The notes under the pieces were generated by a model that was not told where the DNA came from, ran no database searches, and saw only the letters and a program-made list of their open reading frames with translations. A stretch of 62,924 nucleotides of DNA, the filler included, from Hausera hauseri (taxonomy: Eukaryota), in NCBI GenBank assembly GCA_046269625.1. It is 11 parts of 11 records of this genome, joined end to end, with 100 filler letters (N's around TTAATTAATTAA, not from the genome) between each part and the next. Parts side by side here need not be neighbours in the genome. Positions count along the whole stretch, not along the records: positions 49,187 to 58,862 come from JBJURY010312165.1; positions 58,963 to 62,924 come from JBJURY010854966.1; 9 more parts are not named here. One strand, 5' to 3'. The position numbers were made by a program, and so were the translations under genes. This document shows, in pieces, positions 49,218 to 61,323 of this stretch. Position 1 is the stretch's first letter. The number at the start of each line of letters is the position of its first letter.

Positions 49218-50640
49218 TCAGGTTATTCCATCATTAATTCCGTCCTGTGGTACCATCACCATTAGTTCTCTTTCGGGGATTTTATGACGCTTAATACAAC
49301 AGTTTTTGGGAATCAATCGACAAAACGCAATTAAGATTAGGAGAGCGAATATTGACGTTCCAATAACTGTTATTAATAACAACGTTGTCCATTTGGTTAA
49401 ATTTCCTATTTTGACGGTAGCCGTAGTCTCATCATCTATTCTGTCATTAGTTAATGGTTTCGTTATAACAATCTCGTTCAAGATTCATATTGTAAACACT
49501 CTACCTTGTTTGTTTTCTGAACATATTTGTATTATATAATCTGTTCTGGTTTTAACCCAATACATTGAATTCGGTAACTGCCTTTTGGCAGTGTTATTTT
49601 CTTATTATCGTGTAACGTTCGGCAGCTTATTTCTACGTCGTATCTCAGTGTTTCTTCCGCAATGAACGTTATTTCGCGTTGTGTGCCTGATATTTTACAG
49701 GGATTATTTCTGAATCTTTGTGAGATGATTTATTCCTTGGAGTGGTTTTGATGAGTGCAGGAGTAGTAGACTTTATCTTTGTATTCGTTGTCGTATCAAC
49801 TGAATTCAACTTGATTGGATTTTTGAGTCGGTAGCTTCCTAAATAGATACTTGACTGGTTTGGTCTGACTTCATATAAGTCTAACTGAATTCTATATTTT
49901 TATTTTGGCGAAACTTGCAACATTTCTTCTGTTGATCGACATCGATTTTGCAGTACTGCTGGTTGTAAGCTTGTATGTTTTCTTTCAAGAACCGAACTGA
50001 GATTACTTGACCCTTAATTAATTGTCGTTTTGTGTTTATTTGAATACAACTGTCCTTTTGATTTTCTGTTATACTGGCGATATTTTCTTCCAACATTAGT
50101 TTTACTGGGTTGATGGACTGGATCATTTTGTTGGGTTTTATCCAATGATGCTTGTTCCAAGCAGGAATAACTAATTGAAATTTTGGTTTTATTTCGTAGA
50201 TTTTAGATCATTTCGATGAATACAGTCGATAGGTAAGGTTATAAGTATGTCCGAAATCCGTACTGCAACATTGTGTATGCTCTACTGGTCTGAAGTCACT
50301 ATTCCTCGTTTCTTTTGTCATTATATCATCTAGAGCAATTTGAAATCTTCCAAAATCGTGGTGTATTTTCTGTATCGTAAATCCAATGCATGTGGAGTTC
50401 GGCGAATAATATTGAATTGTGACTGATTGTAATGACGTAATATCTTTTTGTCTTTGAATTTCTTCTAATGTTGGTTTCTTTTCTGTTTTATTAACCCCAT
50501 TATTCCGCGTTTCATATACATTTTTTAAGGTAGATTCGTCAATCCACCCTCTAGCTTGTGTTTTTAGAATATAAGATGCGATTAGCGATAATGCTAGAAT
50601 TATCTGAACGTATGATATCGGTCTAGTGATAATTGACGAG
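49218..50640 (-). pseudogene. Post-integrase type-I membrane protein (env-position), decayed
   Basis: Signal-like YVQIILALSLIASYILKTQA, Cys-containing ectodomain, C-terminal TM TLLLITVIGTSIFALLILIAF. Confidence 0.55.
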
Positions 50641-50649
50641 GTCTTGTTT

Positions 50650-53600
50650 TCTCGTGGTCTTAGATTGTAATGTTTGGTTGGCCTTATATCCGTTTTAACT
50701 ACTCTTTGAATCGATACGACTTCTTCTTTACCAATCTTGTTAATATAAACCATAGTTGGTGTTGTATGGACTATTTTGTATGGTCCTCTTCCGGTATGTG
50801 TTAATTTCAAGGATGTACCTTTCTTCGCGACTCAGTAGTGTATATAAACCCAATTTCCCTATTTTAGATCATGAGGTTTAATCTTTTTATTGTATTGGTT
50901 TTTAAATTGTTCCTGGTATTCATGTGATAATGTTTTCGCAACTTCCCAACATTTCTGCAATCTTGTCTGTAAGACTTCCGCAAAGTTTTGTTCTGAATCC
51001 TCGAGGTTCTTTTCATACGGTGTCATACCTAGATCTGTAGGTAAGATTGCCTCTCATCCATACATCATAAAGAACGGTGTAAACCCTGTTGCTGGATGTG
51101 GAGTCGTATTAATCGCGAATTGTGTTCCTTCTAGGAATTCATCCCAATTCTTTTGATCTTTGGTTACTACTGTTGATAGTATCCGAATAACTGTTGCGTT
51201 CATCCGTTCAACCATTCCATTACATTGTGAGTGATATTCAGTAGTAGTTAAGCGTTCAATTTCAAATATTTTGGTAATCTTTTCGAATAATTCACTTGTG
51301 AAGTTCCTTTCTCTATCCGTTAAAATCTGTTCTGGTGGTCCATATCTGCAAATGATTTTTCTTACTACTGCGTCGGCTAAAGTTTCTGCCTTTTGATCTA
51401 ATAGTGCCACTAGTTCTACGAAGTGAGTTAGTCGGTCCACACATGTTAGAATGTATCTGTTGTTTTTGAGCGTTTTAGGTAGAGGTCCTACTATATCCAT
51501 AGACATAGCTTGCATGGGTCTATCTTGTACCTTTATAGGTTTTAATTCTGCTACGTAGCCTTTTGTTTTCTTTTGCTTTGTTGCGCAAACTTTGCATGCT
51601 CCTCCCCAATACTTTACATCAATGTAAATATTTGGCCAGTAGTATTTATTTAATATCCTTTCTAATATCTTCTTCTAAGATATGTGTCCGGCTAGGTATG
51701 AATCGTGTTCAGCCATGAGTACTTCGATACGCAATCCTTTTGGAATAACTATTAGTCTTCTCCCTTTTCGCTCGTAATACAAAATATTGTCTCGATCCGA
51801 TGCATGGTATTTATGTCCATGTTTCTGTAGATGCTTTTTCAGTTGTCGTCCTTTTGGTATTTCGGCGTTTCGTACAAACTCGATAATTTGCTGAATAACC
51901 GTATCTTTAGCTTGCTCAGCTGTAATTCTAATTGTCTTATCCAATATCAGGATTCTTTGTCGTTCAATCAGCTGTTCAAGTTGTGGTCTCTTTAATGTGG
52001 TGATTGCACTCGTTTTTGTTTTTAGTCTCGAGAGTGCGTCGGCGTCGACATGTTTGTTACCAAATTTGTATTGAAATTTAATGTTATATCGCGAAATTTC
52101 ATCAATCTAGCGGTTTAGTCTACATGTTGGGTTATTAGCTCGTCCGTTTAATGTTGTAACTGCTTTGTGATTAGTCACTATGATAATCCTTTGTCCATAG
52201 ATATATACATTAAAGTGTCGTAGTGCTTTCTTAACTGCCAATGTTTCCAATTCGGTAGCCGAATAATTTTTTTCCGCTTTCTTCAATGAACGTCCACCAC
52301 AAGCTATTGGATGTTCTAATTCTTCGTCTTCGCGTTTTTCAGCTAATTCGTATCCAATTCCTTCTTTGCTCGCATCCGTTTTAATGATGAATGGTAGGTT
52401 AAAATCTGGGTATCTTAAAACTGGTTTACTTGTCAAGATTTTCTTCATTTCGTCGAATGCTTTTTGTTCCACTTCTGTCCATGTCCATTTAGTTCCTTTT
52501 TTGAGTAGGCGATATAGTGGTGCATTAATTTTTGAATTATCTGGTACGTAAGTGGAGTAATATCCACATAGGCCTAACCAACGTCTTGACTCTTTTTGAT
52601 TCAGTGGTTCAATACAATCGGATATTTTATTTAGCAGAGATTTGTCAGGTTTTGATCCTCCTTCTCCCACTATGTGTCCAAGGTACGATACGGCGTTCTG
52701 TGCCCATTTACATTTCTTTGGGTTTAACTTCAATCCTGCTTGTTCCAGTCTTATGAGTGTATCTTCAATATCCTTTAAGTGTTCCTCTTCTGTTTTTGAT
52801 GCTATCGTCACGTCGTCTAAGTACGCGAATGCATGATCAAGTCCCATGAGCATCTTATTCATCATTCTAGTACAAATAGCTGGTCCTGTGGTGATGCCAA
52901 AGGTCATAACATTAAATTCGTATACGCCATCATGTGTTTTGAACGCTGCCTTATATCGATCTTTTTCTTCGATTTCTACTTGCCAGTATCCCGATTGTAA
53001 GTCGAGGGTGGTAAACCATCTTGCTCCTGACAGTCTATCTAATGCCTGCTTTATTAATGGTAGTGGAAACGAGTCTTTCATCATCAGCGTATTTAACGCG
53101 CGATAATCTATACAAAACCGATGTTTTGTGGTTCCTTTCTTTTTAACCATCAGTATGGGTGAGTACCATGATCGATAACTTGGTCAAATTATGTCGGCCT
53201 TCAACATCCGCTCTACTTCTTCAGTTATTTCTGGTCCCAATGAGTGGGGAGGCGGATACCATTTGGGCATTTTCTGTTCTTCTAGATCGATTTCGTCATT
53301 TGAGTCAGGTTTCTCCCTCAATGGAATGGTTAATCTTAGAGCCTTTGCTCTACCTATGTCTTCTTTGTTTTGCGCTATTATAGAGCGGAATTTACACAAT
53401 AATTCGTAGAATTTGCAATACGCTTCGGGAGAAAATTGGGTTTCAACATGAGGTGGAAATTCGGCACACTTGTATGGTTTCTCCTCTATTGCCACTGCCG
53501 ATACTCTGCAAGTGTGACCCAAAGTAGTATTAGCGTGCAATCTTACTGGAATCGGTTCACTGTTTACTAATCTGATAGGTATTCGTCCCGTCATTAATCT

Positions 53601-54150
53601 ACATAAAATGTTACTAAACATAAGGTTTGGATCGATATTCTCTTGGGGCTCAAAATATACTGGCAAATCTTCATCTTGTCGAATTTGTGTGAAAATTGTC
53701 ATTTCCGTCCTAGGTGGAATGTCTTCATCTACTGGAACCCATACTTCGCCCGATTTCCTTTTTTTTATTACTTTTGTCCCTTTTATTGGTTTGAGTTCAA
53801 TTAATTTTTTATTGTGCACATCGATTGCCATACTTGGTAGCTGTTTCAATATGTCGCAACCTAGTACTACATCGTCTGTTAACTGGTCCATTATCGCATA
53901 TTCGTGTTGGAGTGCTTGACCCATCATATAAACGGCAGAAGTCCATTTAAATTTCGGCTTCGATACTTGTCCAAATGCTCCTACGCTACCTGGGTCCGAT
54001 GATGCGTGCGGTCATAGCTGGTCTCGCAATGTGGTTGGTATAAATTCATGTTTTATAAATGATTTTTCTGATCCAGTGTCGATTAATGCATACACTTCCC
54101 AATCTTCAATGTGTATTTTAGCAAAGTGTCTCCCTTCTGCTACTGTTCCG
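50650..54150 (-). pseudogene. pol: Gypsy Pol (PR-RT-RNaseH-IN) with in-frame stops
   Basis: All ORF pieces from 54395 to 50208 lie in one frame, separated by stop codons. Confidence 0.93.
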
Positions 54151-54785
54151 TAGCAATTTGACGCTATCTTTGACTGTTTTATAGTAGAGACTCTATGTCC
54201 ATTTATCGTTATTTCTGGCGATGAAATTATATCTTGCCTTAATTGTCTTAATTCTCCACTCGGATATAAATTATTATTCGTCATCTCATTGACTCGACTG
54301 TCAATGAGCGGTTCCTGAGGTAGTAAACACATTTTCGGGTTCTCCCAGATTGTTGATTTCGATTCTATGTGTCGTGGTATCCTTTTTGAGTACAATATTC
54401 CGTGGTCGTTTTAGGTTGGTCCTTGGTTGATAACATTCATTTTCCGTAGTACACCATATTGTTTTGTTTTTTCATAAGGATCTTCGTAATTAATGGGTTT
54501 TTGATAGATTTCGGACCGACATGATACGATTGATTTGCGGTCGCAGTCTTCATATATTGGTGTTGTTGGCGGCATAATGGGCAATGGCGCGTTAATCACT
54601 GAGTACATCTTGTGCATCTTCATTCTGGAACTTACTTCTCCTCCCTTAGGCTCGTCATCATCTGAATCATCCTTTCGTGTTACTGTTGTCTTATTTTTAC
54701 GTCTATACAAAATCGAGTGCCTCCCTCGTCGTTTGCGATTATAGTACCCGACGTGGCGTTCTACGTCATTTTTCCAGCGATTTTC

Positions 54786-56609
54786 TTAGTAAGCCTTAAG
54801 CATCTTTCCAAAGGGTGTGATAATTGCGGTCAAAATTTTGCAAGCGAATCCTGTCAATGTGAATATTTCATATCCTTTTATAATAGCTTGGATCACTGCT
54901 TTAATTAACTGGACTAAGAAGTAGATGGCTAAGAATCCAGATGCGGCTTGTCCGAAAATTAAAAACCTTTCCAAAATCTTATGCAATATCTCTGCAGTTA
55001 CTCTTTGATAGTGATTAGCGCCGAGTAACGACTCCCATTTCGCTTGAAAGCGGGTGTCATCCATGACTATTGACGTGGCCCGATTCAGTTCATAAGTTCG
55101 CTGTCGCGAAAATGCTAAAAATAGCCTAAAAGCTTCTATGTCTTTTGGCCTATAAATTCCTTTGTTAGCTGTATCTTCGAATTTATCTTCCGATGATCCT
55201 TTGATTAGATTTGTCCCCGTTAGTTTACTAGGGGCTGTGGCTGTACCTCCATTTGGTAGACTTATCCAGTCGGTTCCACTGCGTCTAAACATTGGTTCCC
55301 CAATACTTGTCTTGCATTCCTTCAGTATTGTTGGTTCAGTCGAATTTGCCAGTAATACTCTGGTGAGTGGCATCGCTAGCCTTGGCATATTCTCGTAAAT
55401 GACCGGTAATTCTTGCATACATCTCTTTTCCTCTACGTTGGTCGGCACGTTTTTTTCACATTCGTATGTTAATAGGACTTCTCCGGTAACCCGTCCAAAA
55501 ACACCTTCCTTTATTGGCATAATCGGTAATGCCAACTGTGGGTTGGCGTAAATTAAAGCCAGTTTGGTTCTCATGACTTTAGTATTTAATCAGCAGTCAT
55601 ATGTTATCATTTTGTAATATAGTTCCACTATTCCGGTCTGCCCTTTGTAATAGAAATAGTCGCCTCGGTTTTTGAGGTAATCCTCGATCCGCACATCTTG
55701 TGTTTTTAAATCATACGTTTTCATATAGATTTCTGTTTCTGCTACAAAAAGTGCTTAGTAGTTAGTGGCATACATAACTACATCGCAGCGTGATAACATA
55801 TCCTTTCTAATAAATTTTAACCCGTGCACATCTGATATTAATATCGTCGGTGTGGATTGTTCTATTACATCTTCCCTTGATCTGGTATTTCATGCAATTT
55901 GCTCGAATAACGCTTTCCAGTAGTTTCATTAAATTTTTTTTCTGATTTTGATGAAAGTGCAGTCCTTCTTGGATGGTGGATTCCATACGATAACCGAACT
56001 TTGGAACGTTCAAGCACCATCATGAATGTGACATTTCTGATTTTCGGTGAATAGTTTGGTAACGGTATGAAACATCGCTTTTAAGGATCTTAACTCGGTT
56101 TCATAAAAATCTACGACTAGTATTCCTCCTTTTATTCCCTTCCCTGTGTCATATTCTCCTCCGACACAATAACCGGTGTGCATGTTCAATTTTTCCACTG
56201 CCATTTTGTAGGCTCTAATTATTTTTCCTTCTTTGGCTTCCAATTCTATGCCGTCCCAAACCATTTTACCGGTTGAACGGGCTCCTAAGCAATGTTTTCT
56301 GTCCACGTTTATTGGTATCGATGGTGTGGTATGTTTGATTATTGAAGAATGGCCGTGTATATTACCACAATGAAATATGCTGGGGGACCTACGTATCATG
56401 CATTCTGTTGCATACATTGCAATTAACTCACGTTGTTGATATAGTGTATATTTCTTCTCTCTTGTCTGGAGCTTGTGGGGCCTCGCATCCTCATATGTTT
56501 TTAAATCCATCAAGGAATATTTCTGGCCCACCTTAAATTTGTTACAGTAGTATATGGTGACTGCTCCCATTTGCTTCACTAACATTATTATTGTTAGTAA
56601 ATTGATTGA
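54786..56609 (-). pseudogene. Chuvirus-like / herpes gB-type class III fusion glycoprotein
   Basis: Internal signal LLTIIMLVKQMGA; IYYC...YSLMD...LYQ...ECMIRRS.SIFHCGNIHGHSS; LALIYANP...GVFGRVTGEVLLTYEC...CMQELPVIY...AMPLTRVL; KGIY; TM FLIFGQAASGFLAIYFLVQLI. Confidence 0.8.
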
Positions 56610-57317
56610 CTAATTCGATTCATTTCCTTTACTCGAAGAGATGTTTCGTACTATGTCCTCTAAGTTATTGGTTCTTTTCGTATTGTCCACTTTTCTGAAT
56701 AGTTTGGCCCATTTTATTTCTTTAGGTACCCTTCTCGCCGCTTTTCTAGCTAACCCGATTATCTTGTCGAACTCATTTTCTGGGAGAGGATTAGTTTTTA
56801 CGGCTAAATATATCAAAATTTTTCTTAATTCTTCCATCGTATTATCCATCATGATTCTATCAATTACTGTTTCATCAGGAAGAGTACTTTTAGATAATTT
56901 GAATCGCAACGTTTTCATTGTCCCTGCTATATTATATATATTAGTCTTTCTTTTTCGGATAATATGTCACCTTGTAGTGCGGTATAACTAACTATTCTTA
57001 TTAAATATTTCATTAGCTTAACTAATTCTTCATTATCTGAGCTCGGAGTGGGTATTGATAATTGTCTTAGTTTTCTAATCAGATCTGCATTATATTCCAC
57101 TTCTTTTATTTTCCTCGGTCGTCCAACCGGTCGTTTCGGTTTCGTTTGTTGTAAGGTTTCACTTATAGGTACTAAATTTTTATGGTATTGAGGTTTGCCG
57201 TCATTCGTTTTAGGTATTCGAAGTACATTGCGGCGTCTTGAATCACCATAATATTTTTAACGCAATGTTCTGTACGCGCCTTCCTTATGTCTTCGTTTTT
57301 GGTTTGCTCACTAGAAA

Positions 57318-57534
57318 TTATTGCTATTATTCGATTTTCTTCGTGGGGTATGATTCCTACGTCTATTAAGCATTCTAACTCATCTAATATCCTGCCCCTG
57401 AAATACAGTCGGTAATTAACTTCTTCTTTACCATCCCTGTCCATTATTCGTTGTCATATATCCGCAACGGTGGTATAAGTAGTGCATTCAAATTCCTCAT
57501 CATCCATCCAATCGGATGATACTTTCACTTTAAT
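57318..57534 (-). pseudogene. Ubiquitin-like domain within the retroelement polyprotein
   Basis: TVADI*QRIMDRDGKEEVNYRLYFRGRILDELECLIDVGI aligns without gaps to ubiquitin [40 protein letters not shown]. Confidence 0.75.
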
Positions 57535-59071
57535 CCCCACTTCTGGTTTATTTATCAATCGTTTAGCGTATTCTCTTATTAGGAGCTTGGGAACTGCACT
57601 GTATGCGGTGTTTTCACTGGCTAGCTTAGTAAAAGTTGGAATTAATTTCTTTAATTTGTCTTCACTCATGTCTATTTTCAGTACACTGTCCAATTCTTTT
57701 TCTGCTAACGTAGGATCCAGTAACATTTTTACGTCAAATTTCTTTTTCAGGGTATTAATAGGTGACTCATAGATTTGTATAGGAGTTCTTTGACTCTGTT
57801 CGTTTAAACCTGGGCGGTATTTATCCCACTCGGTATAATTATCTGCGTCAGGTAGCTCGTAGTTCATTAATGCCGCGTGTCCTACTTGGACTTGTTTGTG
57901 TAGTTCTTTTATTTGCGGTTACAATATTTTCATTACGGATACTCTAAATCCGTCTCCATTTTCGCAGGCTTGTTGTATCAATGTTATTATTCAGCACATT
58001 TCTTGTGGTTGTATCCAGGCTTTCTCTTAATAGCCGGTTATTTCTGCGATTCTGTCTTTTTACCATCTCTGTACGAATTCCGTTTTGTCGTTCATTTCCG
58101 ATTCCGTAAGGAAATACTTGTTCTTGTCAACTTCTGTTTCTCTCAGTAATTCGTTTAGCTCGCGTTGTCTTTTCTCTGAGCGTAATTGGGTTCCTTTTAC
58201 CAGACGTATTCGATTTGTTAGTCGTTTGGCTACTACTTCGTAAATTTCTGCCATTTCTGTTAATAATAGGATTAATTTGTGCATTTGATTTAATACTTCA
58301 GCATCCGGATCTATTGCATCCATTAGCCTGCCTATGAACTGGGCTTCGTCGGCAGTCAACTGAAGATCCTTCCTAATTTTCGTTAGTTCGGCGTGGCAAT
58401 GTAAGTCGAAGCATGGTGTCCATTCTGCTGGATTCTGTAAGTATTGTAGTGTTTGTACCAGGGCAATCCGGTGATCTTTACATACTTGCAATGTTTCTAT
58501 TTCCTTTGCTGAGATTTTCTTTAATGGTTTCTGCATTAGGTTCTGTATCCCTCCCCTGCGGATGTTGGCTAAACTTTGCTGAAGATTACTTAGTTTGTTT
58601 CTTTTTCTGTAGAACTCCTTTTCTTCTATCATACTATATATCGCTGTTAATGTTGTTTGCTTTTGATCCCTGTTCATAAATTCAAGTTCTCAGAATGATT
58701 CGAATTTAATTCGCAATTTTGCTTCATCTTCCATCGTACCGATATCTAGTAGCATTTCATCCAATTGTTGTTTTATTATAGGCTCAACCACGGCGAATTC
58801 TCTCAGTCTTTCGCTTATTATCCCTGCTATGGAAGGTAACAAGTCTATCCACGTCTTTAGTTNNNNNNNNNNNNNNNNNNNNNNNNNNNNNNNNNNNNNN
58901 NNNNNNTTAATTAATTAANNNNNNNNNNNNNNNNNNNNNNNNNNNNNNNNNNNNNNNNNNNNGTTGTATAGAATGTATAAAATGTTGGTTGGATGTGTGT
59001 GAAAAATAATGATTGAATGATCCCTGGCAGGGTTCGGAAGACTGGGAAAACGGGAATAATTATGGCTGAAA

Positions 59072-59115
59072 GCCGTTAGACGGTCTTTACAAAACTATTG
59101 TTTTATAATTGCATG
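59072..59115 (+). other. Flatworm (planarian-type) spliced-leader exon sequence, 44 nt, fused to PMCA 5' UTR
   Basis: GCCGTTAGACGGTCTTTACAAAACTATTGTTTTATAATTGCATG; shares its first 16 and last 12 nt with the copy at 49055-49012. Confidence 0.9.
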
Positions 59116-59185
59116 AAATCGCATTTTGAATAAACATTTCCATTAGATTTTTCCGAATTGAAAAACTAAAAACAACTAAATCGAA

Positions 59186-60930
59186 ATGGGCCAAGAAAAT
59201 TTTGATGTAACGACAAAGGAATTGACGGAACTGATGATGCTGCGGCAGCACGAAGCCATAGCAGAAATCAAAGACAAATATGGATATGTTAACGAAATCT
59301 GTCGTAGGCTTAAAACATCAGCAAAATCAGGGTTAATTGATAATGATGAAATAATCAACCATCGACGAGATATTTTCGGCTCGAATATTATTCCACCGAA
59401 ACCGCCAAAGTCATTTTTTATGCTCATGTGGGAAGCTTTACAGGATCTAACATTGATTGTTTTAATGGTTGCGGCTGTTGTTTCATTGGGATTGGCACTC
59501 TATTCTAAGTACAGCGGCTCAAGTCATGGCGACGAAACTGAAGGAGATGCGAGCTGGATAGAGGGTGTTGCTATTCTCGGTGCTGTAATTGTTGTCGTCT
59601 TAGTGACAGCATTTAATGTTTGGCAGAAAGAACGTCAGTTCAGAGGCTTACAGGATCAGATTGAGGGTAATCACAAAATATCAGTGATACGGGACGGCAA
59701 GTCAAAAGAAATCGTGGTTGGAGATATTGTTGTTGGTGACATTTGTCAAGTGAAATATGGTGACCTATTGCCTGCGGACGGAATTATTATTCAAAGTAAT
59801 GATATCAAAGGCGACGAAAGCTCTTTAACCGGTGAAGCAGATCATGTTAAAAAGGGTGTCGACATTGATCCGATGCTTTGTCGGGTGCTCATGTAATGGA
59901 AGGTTCTGCCAAAATGGTTGTAACTGCTGTTGGTCTTAACTCACAAGCTGGGATTACTTTTTCATTACTCGGGGCAGCAGATGAGAAACAAGATAGGTCT
60001 TCGCCTGAGAAAACTAACCCTCAGGAAAATACCCAAAATTCAAAAACAGGAAAAACTGGAGATGACCTTGAATTGATTAAGTTAACGGAAGACGTTGAAC
60101 AATGTTCAAATCACAAATCTAATAATTATTCTGGTGGTGACGTGGACAAAGGAGATGCCGAACAGGCTAAGGCTTAACAGACGAAGAAAAAAAAACGTGT
60201 TGGCAAGAAAAAGGGTTCTGTATTGCAATCAAAGCTTAATAAGTTAGCGGGAACTATCGGCCAAGTTGGAACAATTGTTGCTGCACTTACAGTTTGTATT
60301 TTGGTAGTGAAATTTTGTTTACAAACATACCACCTGGATAATAAGCCTTGGAGTATGGATCATTTGAAGACAATGATTAGTTTTCTCATTATTGGAATCG
60401 TGGTGCTTGTTGTGGCTGTTCCAGAAGGTTTTCCATTAGCAGTTACAATTTCATTAGCATATTCAGTTAAAAAGATGATGAAAGATAATAACCTTGTGCG
60501 TCATTTAGATGCTTGTGAAACTATGGGTAATGCGACTGCTATTTGTTCCGATAAAATTGGTACTCTAACTACTAATCGCATGACTGCTGTTCAAGTTTTT
60601 TTTTTCAACGGCATTCATTACCGCGAGAATTTGCCATGTTTTGAGGAATTGTCAGTGAACACTTCGGACATTCTGATAAAGAATATTTCCATTAACAGCA
60701 GTTACACATCACGCTTGATGGCATCACATAAGCCTCAAGATTTGCCCACTCAAATTGCTAATAAAACAGAATGTGCACTTCTCGGTTTAATTAATGGTAC
60801 ATTAAGCGCAGTTATGAAGAGATCAGATCAAAATGGACAGAAGATAAGCTGCTTAAAGTTTATACGTTCAACTCCTCCAGAAAATCAATGAGTACAATTA
60901 TCGAGGATGAAGGGAAACTAATTCTTTTAA
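59186..60930 (+). pseudogene. ATP2B: Processed pseudogene of plasma-membrane Ca2+-ATPase (PMCA, P2B), 3' truncated
   Basis: [79 protein letters not shown] (DKTGT mutated). Intronless, with frameshifts at ~59880, ~60610 and ~60800 and a stop at 60175. Confidence 0.95.
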
Positions 60931-61323
60931 CGAATGATAATTTATGAATTAATTGGAGAAATCAGAGGAATCTATATCATTCCTAAGAAGAAACGGTTTA
61001 AAAATCAAATTCTTGTTTGTCATCATTGCTGACGGAGATCATTAATGAGCAAACATGATAATAACTAATCAAACAAAATGGCTGCTAAGCAAGATTCCAG
61101 TTCGTCAAGAAGTCATGTGGTTTTTTCAATTGTCTTTAGCAATGTAAAAAATTCCTTTGTTGGATTTGAATTTAATGGTTTTTTATTCATAATGAATTTG
61201 AATTATTAATTCACGTGAAAAGACCAAAATAGTCAAAACTAGTCAAAATTTAAATTTGTAAATTGGATATAGAATTGAAAATTGAATTGATATTTCAAAA
61301 ATCAAAAATTCAAAAGTTGTATT

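Larger units (their letters stand above)
49187..58862 (-). mobile_element. Large Ty3/Gypsy element with decayed polyprotein: Ubl - glycoprotein - PR - RT - RNase H - IN - second membrane protein
   Basis: ALIDTGS, VVLGCD, RFCIDYR, TLDLQSGYWQ, AYLDD, KTDAS, SATELE, DADALSR, HDSYLAGH, SMDIVGP, HSQCNGMVER, GPYKI. Confidence 0.95.

Noticed and set aside
49218-56918. In-frame stops as alternative genetic code or programmed readthrough
   Set aside because: The stops are a mix of TAA, TAG and TGA at positions expected to be W, R, C or Q, which fits ordinary point-mutation decay.
49012-59115. The two SL matches as SL RNA genes
   Set aside because: Neither is followed by a GT splice donor or an SL intron; both run directly into mRNA 5' UTR and CDS.
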